64,000 nucleotides of DNA from an uncultured bacterium (lineage in GTDB: Bacteria > Desulfobacterota_D > UBA1144 > Nemesobacterales > UBA2774). This document shows positions 9,694-20,008 of this stretch, piece by piece. Both the position numbers and the translations under genes were made by a program. The notes beneath the pieces were generated by a model. That model was not told the origin of the DNA. It was given only the letters and a program-made list of their open reading frames with translations, and did no database searches. Each line of letters begins with the position of its first letter. Positions within the stretch are counted from its first letter, which is position 1. The DNA lies in NCBI GenBank assembly GCA_963705505.1, contig CAVPJU010000006.1, positions 448,001 to 512,000 of the forward strand, in the 5' to 3' direction.

Positions 9694-11223
9694 TATGAGA
9701 CTTTCTATCTTTCTCGAAAGCGCTTTCACCGTGTTTTCGAGTGAAGGGTCTTTGCCCATGTTGTTTTCTATTTTCTTCACGGCGTGGATTACGGTCGAGT
9801 GATCCTTGCCCCCGAATTTTTCCCCGATTTCGGGATAGGAGGCTCCCGTGTATCTCCTTGCGAGATACATGGTAATCTGTCTCGGTCCCGCGATGTTCTT
9901 GTGTTTCTTGTCGGATTTCAGGTCCTGGACCCTGATGCCGTAAAAGTTTGCGACTTCCCTCTGGATACTCTCGATGCTCAGAAACTTCTTGTCCTGATGT
10001 TTAAGTATGGTTTTGAGCACTTCCTTTGCGAGGTCTAGGGTAATCTCGGTTTTGAGCAGTTTCGCGTGAGCGATGATGTTCGTCAGAGTGCCCTCGAGCT
10101 CCCTGATATTGGAAGTCGTATTCTGAGCCAGATATAAAGCGACATCGTTCGGAAGCGGCGTCCCGCCGGACTCGACTTTGTTCTTGATGATTGCGATCCT
10201 CGTCTCGGTTTCCGGAGGCTGTATATCGGTTATGAGGCCCCATTCGAACCTCGACCGGAGCCTTTCCTCGAGGTATGACATATCCTTCGGGGACTTATCG
10301 CTTGTGAGCACTATCTGCTTTTTTGATTCATAGAGGGTGTTGAACGTATGGAAGAATTCTTCCTGCGTGCTCTCCTTTCCGGCGATGAATTGTATATCGT
10401 CGATCAGGAGCACGTCGCAGCCGAACCTGTACCTGTTTCTGAACTCTTCCATCTTATTGGACTTTATGCTGTTTATCACCTGGTTCGTAAAATGCTCTGC
10501 GGAGATGCAGCAAACCCTGGCCATATTGGATGTGGATTTGATGATGTGATTACCGATGGCGTTGATGAGATGGGTTTTTCCGAGACCCACGCCTCCGTAA
10601 ATGAAGAGGGGGTTGTAGGCTTCGCCCGGTTTTCTTGCAACCGCGGTCGAAGCGGCGTGCGCAAACTGATTGCTCGGTCCGACTATGAACCTGTCGAATG
10701 TGTAATTGGGGTTTAATACTCCCGTGAAAAGCTTGCCGGGTCCCGAATTTTTCGAATCTCTGGGTTCGTCGCCGGTATTTTTTTCTTCAGGGGGGACCTT
10801 TTTGTCCTGCTCCGTGATTATGGTTACGGCTGTATTTTTTCCGTAGACTTCTTTTATCGTATCCCCGATGAATTCGAGATAGTGATTATTTATCCAGTCT
10901 CTGTCGAAGTCGCTGTTTGCCCGGAGCGTCAACGAATCTTCGGTTTCGGAAACAGGCTTAAGCGGCGCAAACCAGAAAAAAACCTGCGGGTTTGACTTCT
11001 TTTTTATTCTTTCGAGAACCCGGTCCCAGACTATAGTCTTTTGCGCCCGGTCTTCGCCGGTCTGGTGGGATTTGCTCGGTCGTAGAGACTGTCCTATAAA
11101 AAATTCGAGTCCCTTTCCGTCGTCTTTTTTTCCCGTAAAAAGTGTTCTAAGGTTATGTTTCAGGGGCGTTCTTTTAGCGGCCAATTTCCTCTGCTCCTCC
11201 AAGTCGAAAGACAACTCTTCCAC
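9685..11223 (-). CDS. dnaA: Chromosomal replication initiator DnaA (long N-terminal extension, GTG start uncertain)
   Basis: LNPNYTFDRF, YNPLFIYGGVGLGKTHL, LLIDDIQF, QEEFFHTFN, RLRSRFEWGL, GGKDHSTVIHA. Confidence 0.98.
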   Translation of the reverse strand: MEELSFDLEEQRKLAAKRTPLKHNLRTLFTGKKDDGKGLEFFIGQSLRPSKSHQTGEDRAQKTIVWDRVLERIKKKSNPQVFFWFAPLKPVSETEDSLTLRANSDFDRDWINNHYLEFIGDTIKEVYGKNTAVTIITEQDKKVPPEEKNTGDEPRDSKNSGPGKLFTGVLNPNYTFDRFIVGPSNQFAHAASTAVARKPGEAYNPLFIYGGVGLGKTHLINAIGNHIIKSTSNMARVCCISAEHFTNQVINSIKSNKMEEFRNRYRFGCDVLLIDDIQFIAGKESTQEEFFHTFNTLYESKKQIVLTSDKSPKDMSYLEERLRSRFEWGLITDIQPPETETRIAIIKNKVESGGTPLPNDVALYLAQNTTSNIRELEGTLTNIIAHAKLLKTEITLDLAKEVLKTILKHQDKKFLSIESIQREVANFYGIRVQDLKSDKKHKNIAGPRQITMYLARRYTGASYPEIGEKFGGKDHSTVIHAVKKIENNMGKDPSLENTVKALSRKIESLISG

Positions 11224-11331
11224 AATCCATCAACAACCTGTGGATAGTTATGTAATTAGTTTTAGTATGTGAAATAAGCCCCACCCAAATCCGTAGGTTA
11301 CATCCTAACAGATGGAAAAATATATTGTCAA
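11216..11331 (-). promoter_or_regulatory. Putative dnaA promoter with DnaA boxes near the start codon
   Basis: Minus-strand TTGACA (11326-11331) N18 TAGGAT (11302-11307) preceded by TG; DnaA-box-like TGTGGATAG 11239-11247 and TCTTCCACA 11216-11224. Confidence 0.55.
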
Positions 11332-11503
11332 GTATTATTTTTTTATCCTTAAATGACTGCTCGTTACGTTTTATTCTTCAAGATATGATTGCCCCGGCAT
11401 CTAATGACCGGCGGGGCTTAAACCGGACGCAACCATTCGGGGAGTATTGAGAATTTTAAGGGCCGAGGAAGGAAAATTTTTAGCCGGGATCGCAAAAGAG
11501 CCG

Positions 11504-12796
11504 TTAAACAGGGCGTTTATCGAGTGCGTCGCTCACGCCCTTTTCGACATCGACGCGGCTTAGTATGAGGGCGCCTGCTATGAAGAACGAAATGAGAGAA
11601 AAAATGCTGAGCCGGCTCGTCCCGGTCAACTGTGAAACAAGGGCGAATACGAGGGGGCCGATTATACCCGCAAACTTCGAGCTCATACCGTAGAACCCGA
11701 AGAATTCCGCTGTTTTGTCCCCGGGAATCATCGACCCGTAAAGAGAGCGGCTCAACGCCTGTGTACCCCCCTGGACAGTCCCCACGAGGAATGCGAGGAT
11801 AAAGAAATGAAGGGCTGTCTGCATGAAATACCCGGCAACCGAAATTACGGCGTAAACAAAAAGCCCCAGCATTATCGAATTCTTTGTACCTATATGGCGG
11901 GCCAGTATTCCGAAGGCAAAAGAGAAGGGGATTCCGACGAACTGGGTCATAAGCAGCGCTCCTATGAGCGCGCCCTGACTTATCCCTATCTCGGCCCCGT
12001 AGATGGTCGCCATCTTGATAATCGTCCCAATCCCGTCGTTATAAATCCAGAAGGCGGCCAGAAATAAAAAGAGCTCCTTATAGCTCCTAAGCTCTGAAAA
12101 TGTGACGGAGAGTCTTTTAAATCCGGCAGTCAGAATATTGCCGTCAGTTTTCTTTTTTTTTCCGACGGCGGGTTCCTTCACATTTAAAATGAAGGGTATA
12201 GTAAATACCGCCCACCAGACGGAGACGGTTATGAATGAGATGCGCGTGGCAAGCGCCTTATCCGACATGAGCTTGATCAGACCGATATCCAGAGCGAGCA
12301 GTATCCCTCCTCCCAGGTATCCGAGCGCGTATCCCTTGACCGAGACGCGGTCGATCTCTTCGGGACCGGCGATACTGGGGAGAATCGCGTTGTAAAAAAC
12401 CTCGGACATCGAAAACCCTATGTTCCCGAGTATGAAAAAAACGGATGCCAGGAGCCAATCCCCGGTCGTAATGTAGTAAAGAAGCGCGGTCGCAAGTATC
12501 CCCACAGCGGCGAATATGAGGAGGAGCCTCTTCTTGGTACCCGAGTAATCCGCAATCGCTCCCATCACGGGAGCCAGCAGGACGGACACGAGAAGCGCTA
12601 TAACGGTCGTATAACCCCAGTACACCGTGGCGGTGTTGCCCGGGAGGTTTGCGGCAGCCACCTGGCTGTAGTAGACGGGGAGGACGGCTGATATCACGAT
12701 AGTGGCAAACGAAGAATATGCCCAGTCGTACAGGCACCAGCCGAGAACCTCTCTATTATTTTTCTTCCCGCCGGCTCCGCCTGATCTATCGCTCAT
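11504..12796 (-). CDS. MFS transporter, UMF1/Atg22-like family
   Basis: WCLYDWAYSSF N-terminus, GAIADYSG, QALSRSLY, EFFGFY; about 12 TM segments. Confidence 0.88.
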   Translation of the reverse strand: MSDRSGGAGGKKNNREVLGWCLYDWAYSSFATIVISAVLPVYYSQVAAANLPGNTATVYWGYTTVIALLVSVLLAPVMGAIADYSGTKKRLLLIFAAVGILATALLYYITTGDWLLASVFFILGNIGFSMSEVFYNAILPSIAGPEEIDRVSVKGYALGYLGGGILLALDIGLIKLMSDKALATRISFITVSVWWAVFTIPFILNVKEPAVGKKKKTDGNILTAGFKRLSVTFSELRSYKELFLFLAAFWIYNDGIGTIIKMATIYGAEIGISQGALIGALLMTQFVGIPFSFAFGILARHIGTKNSIMLGLFVYAVISVAGYFMQTALHFFILAFLVGTVQGGTQALSRSLYGSMIPGDKTAEFFGFYGMSSKFAGIIGPLVFALVSQLTGTSRLSIFSLISFFIAGALILSRVDVEKGVSDALDKRPV

Positions 12797-12894
12797 GTGT
12801 TTTACCGAGTCGTTTCGGAAGGGCTTTATGCTTTGACTCTGTATCTGTCCAGTATTATTATTGGAAAACGTATAAAAGTGAAGAAAAGATCTAT

Positions 12895-13068
12895 ATGAAA
12901 GGTCTCGTTATCTTTCTAATCCTATGGACGCCGCTTTGTTTATTTATCATGTATCAGCTCCCCGAGGGGTTCGATGCAAAGAGCAGGCTCAACCTCGGGG
13001 TCATTGTATGGCTCATAGGCGGGCTTCTGGGATTTTATTATCTCGTGGCCAGAAAGTGGAGATATTGA
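12895..13068 (+). CDS. Small two-TM membrane protein (57 aa)
   Basis: ATG at 12895; MKGLVIFLILW...LNLGVIVWLIGGLLGFYYLVARKWRY. Confidence 0.55.
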   Translation: MKGLVIFLILWTPLCLFIMYQLPEGFDAKSRLNLGVIVWLIGGLLGFYYLVARKWRY

Positions 13069-13196
13069 TGATTTTTTTCCCTTCAATGCTCACAGTTTGA
13101 TATTCCGTTAATCACTTCAGATTATTGGAACTGACGGGGGAAATAACGGAACAGCGAATACGCACAATATGAACGGTTTAAGGGTTCGGGTGTAGA

Positions 13197-13228
13197 TGGT
13201 AATTATTCCCAAATGATAATTACTTGAA
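13197..13228 (+). promoter_or_regulatory. Fur-box-like sites upstream of ferritin
   Basis: TGGTAAT-T-ATTCCCA (13197-13211) and TGATAAT-T-ACTTGAA (13214-13228) resemble the 7-1-7 TGATAATnATTATCA consensus. Confidence 0.45.
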
Positions 13229-13327
13229 ATTAGTCCCGATTTATGAGATAATTTTAATGTTAATTTGGCTACAGAATTAAGTTTTTTGTGCATTTAAGGC
13301 ACTATACCAGATCCGAGCAAGGAGGCT

Positions 13328-13819
13328 ATGATGCTTAGCAAAGAAATTCAGGACGCCTTGAATAATCAGATAAAGAACGAGTATTTCGCGTCTTATACGT
13401 ATCTATCAATGGCTGCGCACTGCGAATCTATAAATTTGAGGGGTTTTGCAAAGTGGCTCAGGAAACAGAGTCAGGAAGAGCTCGGGCACGCGATGAAACT
13501 CTTCGATTATGTCATCGACAGGGACGCCCATGTGATCCTTCAAGCCATCGAAAAACCGCAATCAAAATTTAAGTCGCTTTCCGATATGTTCCAGCAGGTG
13601 CTTGACCACGAGAGGGAAGTAACCGGGATGATAAACAAGCTCTATGAAAAGGCGATAAATGAAAATGACCATGCGACTACCGTCGAGCTTCATTGGTTTA
13701 TTCGCGAGCAGGTGGAAGAGGAAAAGAACGCGACTGAGATTCTGGATAAACTGAAACTGGCGGGGGATAACAGCTCTGCCCTTCTCCTTTTGGACGGTCA
13801 GCTGGGACAAAGAGCTTAG
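13328..13819 (+). CDS. ftnA: Non-heme ferritin
   Basis: LNNQIKNE, YLSMA, EELGHAMKLFDY, WFIREQVEEE ferroxidase motifs; GGAGG RBS. Confidence 0.93.
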   Translation: MMLSKEIQDALNNQIKNEYFASYTYLSMAAHCESINLRGFAKWLRKQSQEELGHAMKLFDYVIDRDAHVILQAIEKPQSKFKSLSDMFQQVLDHEREVTGMINKLYEKAINENDHATTVELHWFIREQVEEEKNATEILDKLKLAGDNSSALLLLDGQLGQRA

Positions 13820-13909
13820 TTCGCACTTTATTCATTCTGCACCTAAATGAAGGAAGAGGGTTTCCGCATGACCACCGCATGAGCAGTCCTGCGCGACCCG
13901 GAAAACACA

Positions 13910-14521
13910 GTGCCTCTAAAATTCGAGTTCTGGTATGATTTCGCAAGTACTTATTCCTACATCTCCGCATTCAGAATCGAAGCCCCGGCTTTAGACGCTG
14001 GCATAGAGGTTGAATGGAAGCCTTTTCTCCTCGGACCGATTTTCAAGAGCCAGGGATGGGACACTTCTCCCTTTAATATCTACGCGGCCAAGGGCAGGTA
14101 CATGTGGCGGGACGTCGAGCGCCTGTGCGATAAGTACCGCATCCCTTTCAATAAGCCCTCTCAATTTCCGAGAAACAGTGTTTTAGCTTCGAGAATCGCC
14201 TTGTTCGGAGAGCACCAGGACTGGGGCAGGGAGTTTTCGAAACTGGTCTATCGTTTTAATTTTGCGGAGGATAAAGATATTTCGGATGAAGGAGTGATTT
14301 CCACCATTCTGGATTCGATCGGACAGGACCCGGCGCGAATAATTGCAGGTTCGGCTTCGGGGGAGAATAAGAATAAGCTGCGTAAACAGACGGAGGAGGC
14401 GGTTGGCAAGGGAATCTTCGGAGCCCCTGCGTTTATGATTGGAGACGAGCTCTTCTGGGGGAACGACAGGCTCGAAGACGCTCTTGATTGGTTTAAGCGC
14501 TGCCGGGAGCGTAAGGAGTGA
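13910..14521 (+). CDS. 2-hydroxychromene-2-carboxylate isomerase / DsbA-family (kappa GST-like) protein
   Basis: FWYDFASTYSY, WKPFLLGPIF, GIFGAPAF...ELFWGNDRL. Confidence 0.88.
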   Translation: MPLKFEFWYDFASTYSYISAFRIEAPALDAGIEVEWKPFLLGPIFKSQGWDTSPFNIYAAKGRYMWRDVERLCDKYRIPFNKPSQFPRNSVLASRIALFGEHQDWGREFSKLVYRFNFAEDKDISDEGVISTILDSIGQDPARIIAGSASGENKNKLRKQTEEAVGKGIFGAPAFMIGDELFWGNDRLEDALDWFKRCRERKE

Positions 14522-14661
14522 TCCGGATGTCGGTTCGGGGAATTTCATTCTTCAAAACCGGGCGGGGAAAATATCGTTAACCCGCCCGGATAATCGTACT
14601 CAAATTCGTCCATCAATAATTTATACTATCAGGAATAAAATTTTGAAAAGGACAGCTCGCA

Positions 14662-15570
14662 TTGACCCGCCGCGCCGTACGGAATCTGTCGAAGTTAATA
14701 CTGATCTGCATCGTCCAGTCGATCCTGCTATTCCAGATATGCGCAAGCGAGGACGCATACGCCTGTAATAAGCACTTTATATGGAAGGTAAGCTCGGGCT
14801 CCAATACCCTGTATATAATGGGCTCGCTGCACCTGCTGACAAAGGACAGTTATCCGCTGAATGAAGCGTATATGAATGCGTTCGATCGCTCGGACGTGAT
14901 AGTGTTTGAAGTCGATCCCGGGACGCTCGAGAAGCCCGAGACGATGAGAATGATGCTTTCGAAGGCTACGCTAAAGGGGGATAAGACGCTCGATCGTGTT
15001 TTGTCCGGCAAGACGTATAAGCTGACCGGGGACAAACTGAAGGAGCTCGGAGCCGATATACAGGTGTACAACAAGTCCGAGCCCTGGTTTGTCGCGATTT
15101 CGCTCGGAGTATTGAAGCTCAAGAGCCTCGGGCTCGAGGGGGATGAGGGGGTCGACAAATATTTTTATGATAGGGCTCTACAGTCCGGGAAAAAAGTGAA
15201 GGGTCTCGAGACGGCCGAGTTCCAGGTCGACCTGCTGGCAAAAGCCGGAGGCGCGAACCAGGAGGAGCTGCTGCTTCAGACGTTAAAGGACCTCGACGTC
15301 ATGGAACATGAGTTCAATGAGATCGTTGATTCCTGGGACAGCGGGGACACGGAAAGGCTCGAGGCCGCGATGCTCGAGAGCTACAACGACTATCCCCTGA
15401 TCTATGAAGAGCTTATCGGTCAAAGGAATAAGACCTGGCTTTCGGAAATCGAAAGATATCTCGGGCTCAACGAAAACTATCTCGTAGTAGTCGGCTCAGG
15501 GCACCTCGTCGGGAAAGAGGGACTCATAAACCTTCTCAGGCAGAGGGGTTATAAGGTCGAACAGATGTAG
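14662..15570 (+). CDS. TraB/GumN-family protein
   Basis: IWKVS...LYIMGSLH, GVD, GLETAEFQ, RNKTW, VVVGSGHL; signal peptide. Confidence 0.88.
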   Translation: MTRRAVRNLSKLILICIVQSILLFQICASEDAYACNKHFIWKVSSGSNTLYIMGSLHLLTKDSYPLNEAYMNAFDRSDVIVFEVDPGTLEKPETMRMMLSKATLKGDKTLDRVLSGKTYKLTGDKLKELGADIQVYNKSEPWFVAISLGVLKLKSLGLEGDEGVDKYFYDRALQSGKKVKGLETAEFQVDLLAKAGGANQEELLLQTLKDLDVMEHEFNEIVDSWDSGDTERLEAAMLESYNDYPLIYEELIGQRNKTWLSEIERYLGLNENYLVVVGSGHLVGKEGLINLLRQRGYKVEQM

Positions 15571-15713
15571 GAGAGAGCACAGGAGCCGACTTTTGAAGCT
15601 CGTCCCATTAAAGAGAAGGGACGCAGCAGGCGTGCATATATTATTCTAATTCGAGGGTTCGTCCGTATAATATTCATATGCATATGCATGAATAAGCCGA
15701 GGAGGTAATTCCG

Positions 15714-16181
15714 ATGACCGTAAAAGAGCTTGTCCTGAATGCCATAACCCCGTCACCGCTATTTCTCATAGAATTGCCCAATACCAAGTGCAGGATTATT
15801 AAAAATAATGATTCCAGGGTCTATTGCGGTGTATATCCGCTAATCGGCGGTTTGTTCAGAAAGGATATTGAGGAAACAAAAAAATTCGGCAGAGCTATGT
15901 GCGATGAAGTCGCTCAAAAAATGGATAACCATGGATTTTTTACTACGGACGAAACGCCTGAATACGGAATTTCTTACGGAATATCCGAGGAAGAATATCA
16001 AAAAATATTCGAGCAGACCGGCGCTTCGCCGGATCGTCACCTTGTCGTCATGTTCGCATACCCGGAAAGAGAAGCGCTTGAGACTCAGACTTGCTTCGAG
16101 GAGCTCCTGAGAAAAACTTATTTGAAATACAGGATGGAAGACGCGGGCGCTGCTTCCCGCTTTGAGTTCCTTTACGAATAG
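15714..16181 (+). CDS. Hypothetical protein resembling the GAD insertion domain of GatE
   Basis: GGAGG RBS; TKCRII...GLFRKDI...KFGRAMCD...GFFTTDETPEYGIS.EEE resembles the archaeal GatE insertion-domain pattern recalled from memory. Confidence 0.6.
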   Translation: MTVKELVLNAITPSPLFLIELPNTKCRIIKNNDSRVYCGVYPLIGGLFRKDIEETKKFGRAMCDEVAQKMDNHGFFTTDETPEYGISYGISEEEYQKIFEQTGASPDRHLVVMFAYPEREALETQTCFEELLRKTYLKYRMEDAGAASRFEFLYE

Positions 16182-16194
16182 AATTGACAAAGGT

Positions 16195-17074
16195 TTAGAT
16201 CGACGAAAAGAATTTTAAGAGCTCGTCGGATACGTCTTCCGGTTTTTCCTCGGGAAGGAAATGGCCGCAGTCGAGCGCACGTCCTTGGACGTTCACAGCT
16301 TTTTCTTTCCACGTATCGATTACATCGTAAGTCCTGTGTATGAACCCCTTGCCTCCCCACAGCACTAAAAGCGGGCAAGCGATCTTTTTATCGAAGTCTT
16401 CCTCATCGTGTACGAGGTCTATTGTCGCCGCCGCCCTGTAATCCTCGCAGCTCGCGTGAATAGCGGCGGGGTCGCTGAAGCACCTCACGTATTCACTCAC
16501 GGCATTTTCATCGAACCGGGCGCCGGGCGCGCTCCAGCGTCTGAGCTTTTCTTTGAGATAATATTCCGGATCGCACCCGATCATTTTTTCAGGGAGGTTG
16601 TCGGGCTGGATTAAGAAGAACCAGTGGTAGTAGCCTGTCGCGAACGCCTTGTCCGCGCCCTTGAACATCGTATGCGTGGGAGCGATGTCCATGACGCAAG
16701 CGGCTTCTATGCGGTCCGGATAGTCAAGAGCCATCCTGTGCGTTACCCTTCCTCCCCTGTCGTGCCCTGCCGCGAAGAAGCTCTTATATCCGAGGGATTC
16801 CATTACCTCGACGCAGTCCCTTGGCCATAGCGCGCTTGGAATACGTGTGGTGGTCGGGAGAGGATTCGGGCTTCGAGCTGTCCCCGTAGCCTCTTAAGTC
16901 CATGCATACGACGTGGAAGTTTTCCGCGAGCCCGGGCGCGGTCCTGTGCCACATCACGTGCGTCTGAGGGTATCCGTGGAGCAGCAGGAGGGGCCTGCCC
17001 TTTCCCCCGTGGACGAGATTGATTACTGCGCCCGAGGTTTCGATTTTAGTCTTTTGGAATTTGTCGTCGAACAT
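16195..17074 (-). pseudogene. Fluoroacetate/haloacetate dehalogenase-like alpha/beta hydrolase with a one-base frameshift
   Basis: [10 protein letters not shown] and DLRGYGDS in 16784-17074; GHDRGGRV, YYHWFF, CEDYRA, CGHFLPEE in 16195-16803; removing one base of the run at 16818-16820 joins them ([14 protein letters not shown]). Confidence 0.85.
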
Positions 17075-17126
17075 GACGGTCGATCACCGACTGGGAAATT
17101 GCAATTACCTCTATTCAATTTTGACG

Positions 17127-18008
17127 CTATATATTGTTTCTGTCGAGCGACCTGTACTGTATCGCTTCGGATATGTGGTGAGCGAGGACGGTTTCGGAGC
17201 CTTCGAGGTCGGCGATAGTGCGGGAGACTTTCAATATTCTGTCATAGGCCCTTGCGCTCAAGCCGAGTTTATCAATCGCGGTCTCGAGCAGCTTTATCCC
17301 TTTCTCATCCGGTCTCGATGCTTTCCTGACCATTGACGGAGACATCTGGGAATTCGAGTGAATTTTGCTCCTCTTGAACCTCGCCTTCTGTATCTCCCTC
17401 GCGCGGTTGACGCGGCTCTTGATCGGGGACGAGCTTTCCCCTCCCGCTTCGTCGGCGAGCTCCTTATACCTCACGGGCGGGACTTCTATGTGTATATCTA
17501 TCCTGTCGAGGAGCGGTCCGGAGACCTTCGCCCTGTATTTCTGTATCTGTATGGGCGAGCAGGTGCACTCTTTTTGCAGATCGCCGTGATACCCGCATGG
17601 GCATGGGTTCATCGCCGCGACCAGCATGAAGTTGGCGGGGTATGTGATCGAAGTGGACGCCCTCGATATCGTCACCATGCCGTCCTCGAGAGGCTGGCGC
17701 ATTACTTCGAGGACATTCTTCCTGAATTCCGGGAGCTCGTCGAGAAAAAGGACGCCGTTATGCGCGAGGCTCACCTCGCCCGGCTTAGGGATCGCGCCCC
17801 CGCCTATGAGCCCGGCGTCGCTTATCGTGTGGTGAGGGGAGCGGAAGGGCCTCGTCGCGTATAGCGATGAATGGTTGGGGAGAAGGCCCGACACGGAGTA
17901 TATCTTCGTCGTCTCCAGCGCTTCCTCGAAGCTCATATCGGGGAGTATGGTGGGGAGTCTCCGGGCGAGCATCGTTTTCCCCGTGCCGGGGGAGCCAATC
18001 ATGAGCAC
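17127..18008 (-). pseudogene. comM: ComM/YifB Mg-chelatase-like ATPase, C-terminal fragment
   Basis: Begins [83 protein letters not shown]. Confidence 0.95.
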
Positions 18009-18052
18009 ACATGATCTCTTAAACTCCAGATAATCAAGAAATGGTTCATCTG

Positions 18053-20008
18053 TCAGATTGGGAGACCGTTCTCGTCCAGCCCAGCGAGAGCTCTAGTGGC
18101 TTCTAGGTATAGCTGTAAACGGCGGGAGTTTTCCGCTACCGAAAAATGCTTTTTTAGATTGATGCGTTCACTCAAAGAAGGAAGCGCGAATAATCGGGTT
18201 TGGAGCGAGTACTCGAGTGCTGACTCAATAGCAGGAAACAACCCGTTATCACTGATTAATTGAATGACTGTTCGCGCCGTATTGGCAGCTTCCACAGCTT
18301 TGGCCGGAGGTGATGCGTTCGATGGAAACCAACTAGGTACACCGCCTGCATTTTTCCATCGGTTTTGAATACCGACGGTGCGCCAAATCAGCTCTCCGGT
18401 AGGGAAGCGCGTATCTGCAATATGCGGAGGGTTGTAGTAAACCGCCGGTTGTTTCCAAAAGTCGAGTGCAGATTGTATCGTGGTTGTGAGTGAATCCGCG
18501 TGAGCTTGTGTCCAGCCGGCCGTGTTCAACAGGGATGGAAGCCAACTGGAAGCAGGTACGGCGTTCTTCCATTCCTTTTTTGACTCCTTCGTACTGTCGG
18601 ACTCCCATTGGGTGCTGAGCGAACGCATGTCCTTTAACAGCCGGATCAGGATGCCCATGAATAGAACGTCGCCGAGGTGGTAGCGAAGATAGGCCGTGTA
18701 GGGGCCGAATCTCGGCATCTGCACGGCGCGTGACCTGTCACGCCAGGCGAGAAGTGTGGCGGGGTTGGTTCGAGACTGATACCACCGGGCTGCAACGGTT
18801 AAGGTTATGAATGTGGAGTTTCCGTAATCATCGCCCAGTAAAGCCAGCTTGCGCGCGGTTGCTGAGTCAGGTATCCCACGAGGTTTATGCATTTGCAACA
18901 GCTGGTTTATCTGTGTGTAGGCAGCCTCAAGACTCGCCGAAACGGCCGGTAGGTCCGCCTGAGTTTCGATTGAACTCATCCATAGGGTTTCTACTAGCCG
19001 GTCGAAGGAGGGTTTGTATGAGGTCGAAAGCCTATTACGACGAGTTAGGTCCACGACTGGTGATATGTTGGAAGCGGCGTGAGTTTCTGCCAAAGCACGT
19101 AGCTCGTCTCCCAAAGGAAGAGGCCACGACGTAATCGCATCCAATCCACCCAGCCAATTCAAATTCTCCTCCGTCAAAGTGAGCCGGTAACTTTCGTCTT
19201 TGTGATCCATGGCGACGTCTGCTTGCCTGATCATGATCCACCCTGGCCTGCTGAGAGCATCGTTGGTCAGCGTAGTGTCGGTTGTGCGAAATACATTGGG
19301 CTCACGGCATGTGCCTTCCATCGTAAGAGTCAGAGGCCCATTAGGGAAACTACGCTCAGGAGGTGTGCAGCAGAAATTGCCTTCCAGTCGGTACAGAGCC
19401 ATCATTTCAGTAAAGGGGATCGATCGGTTACCTGAGGCCACGAGTGGCGAAACTAGAACACTCATACGGGATGTATAATCGAACCGCAGCAGTAGTTCGT
19501 GGACTTGACGTGCGGCCTGCACACCTAACGCTTGCAGCTCACGTGACAGTGAGCCGGTCTGTCCAAGGAGTGTTTGCCGCATTATAGAGAGAAGCTCCGT
19601 ACCACTAAAAGAGGATAACTGCGCAACGAATGCAGCGATCTCGTCAAGCGCCACCATGCAACGATAGTCGTGCAAAAAGACATCATCCAAGATTTCGGAC
19701 TGGTGGAGTGCAATCCGCGAATCGATTGTGGCGAGGAGTGAATTATTCGATGCCGCAAGTGCAAAAGCGATGCCGGGAGGCGGTGCTGATTCTAGTCGGG
19801 ACAGATCGGAGATCCATGCTGAAAGCACTCCGGTCCAATAGCTTCGAGCTGCCTGCAGTCTGGAGGGATTGTCAACGATTTTCAGCGCTTCGTTGGGGTT
19901 CATGGTCGGTCCACCATCCCAAAGGGTACCGATACCAGCCATTAAACGATATCCGAGCTCTATGATTAGCTCGGCAAAACTGAGATCTAATTTGTGCTGG
20001 TCAGGCAT
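18053..20008 (-). CDS. Hypothetical protein (~651 aa), island cargo gene 2
   Basis: Long ORF; ATG at 20008 has AGGTG upstream and overlaps the stop of the upstream gene by 8 nt (ORF track starts at 20017). Confidence 0.85.
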   Translation of the reverse strand: MPDQHKLDLSFAELIIELGYRLMAGIGTLWDGGPTMNPNEALKIVDNPSRLQAARSYWTGVLSAWISDLSRLESAPPPGIAFALAASNNSLLATIDSRIALHQSEILDDVFLHDYRCMVALDEIAAFVAQLSSFSGTELLSIMRQTLLGQTGSLSRELQALGVQAARQVHELLLRFDYTSRMSVLVSPLVASGNRSIPFTEMMALYRLEGNFCCTPPERSFPNGPLTLTMEGTCREPNVFRTTDTTLTNDALSRPGWIMIRQADVAMDHKDESYRLTLTEENLNWLGGLDAITSWPLPLGDELRALAETHAASNISPVVDLTRRNRLSTSYKPSFDRLVETLWMSSIETQADLPAVSASLEAAYTQINQLLQMHKPRGIPDSATARKLALLGDDYGNSTFITLTVAARWYQSRTNPATLLAWRDRSRAVQMPRFGPYTAYLRYHLGDVLFMGILIRLLKDMRSLSTQWESDSTKESKKEWKNAVPASSWLPSLLNTAGWTQAHADSLTTTIQSALDFWKQPAVYYNPPHIADTRFPTGELIWRTVGIQNRWKNAGGVPSWFPSNASPPAKAVEAANTARTVIQLISDNGLFPAIESALEYSLQTRLFALPSLSERINLKKHFSVAENSRRLQLYLEATRALAGLDENGLPI

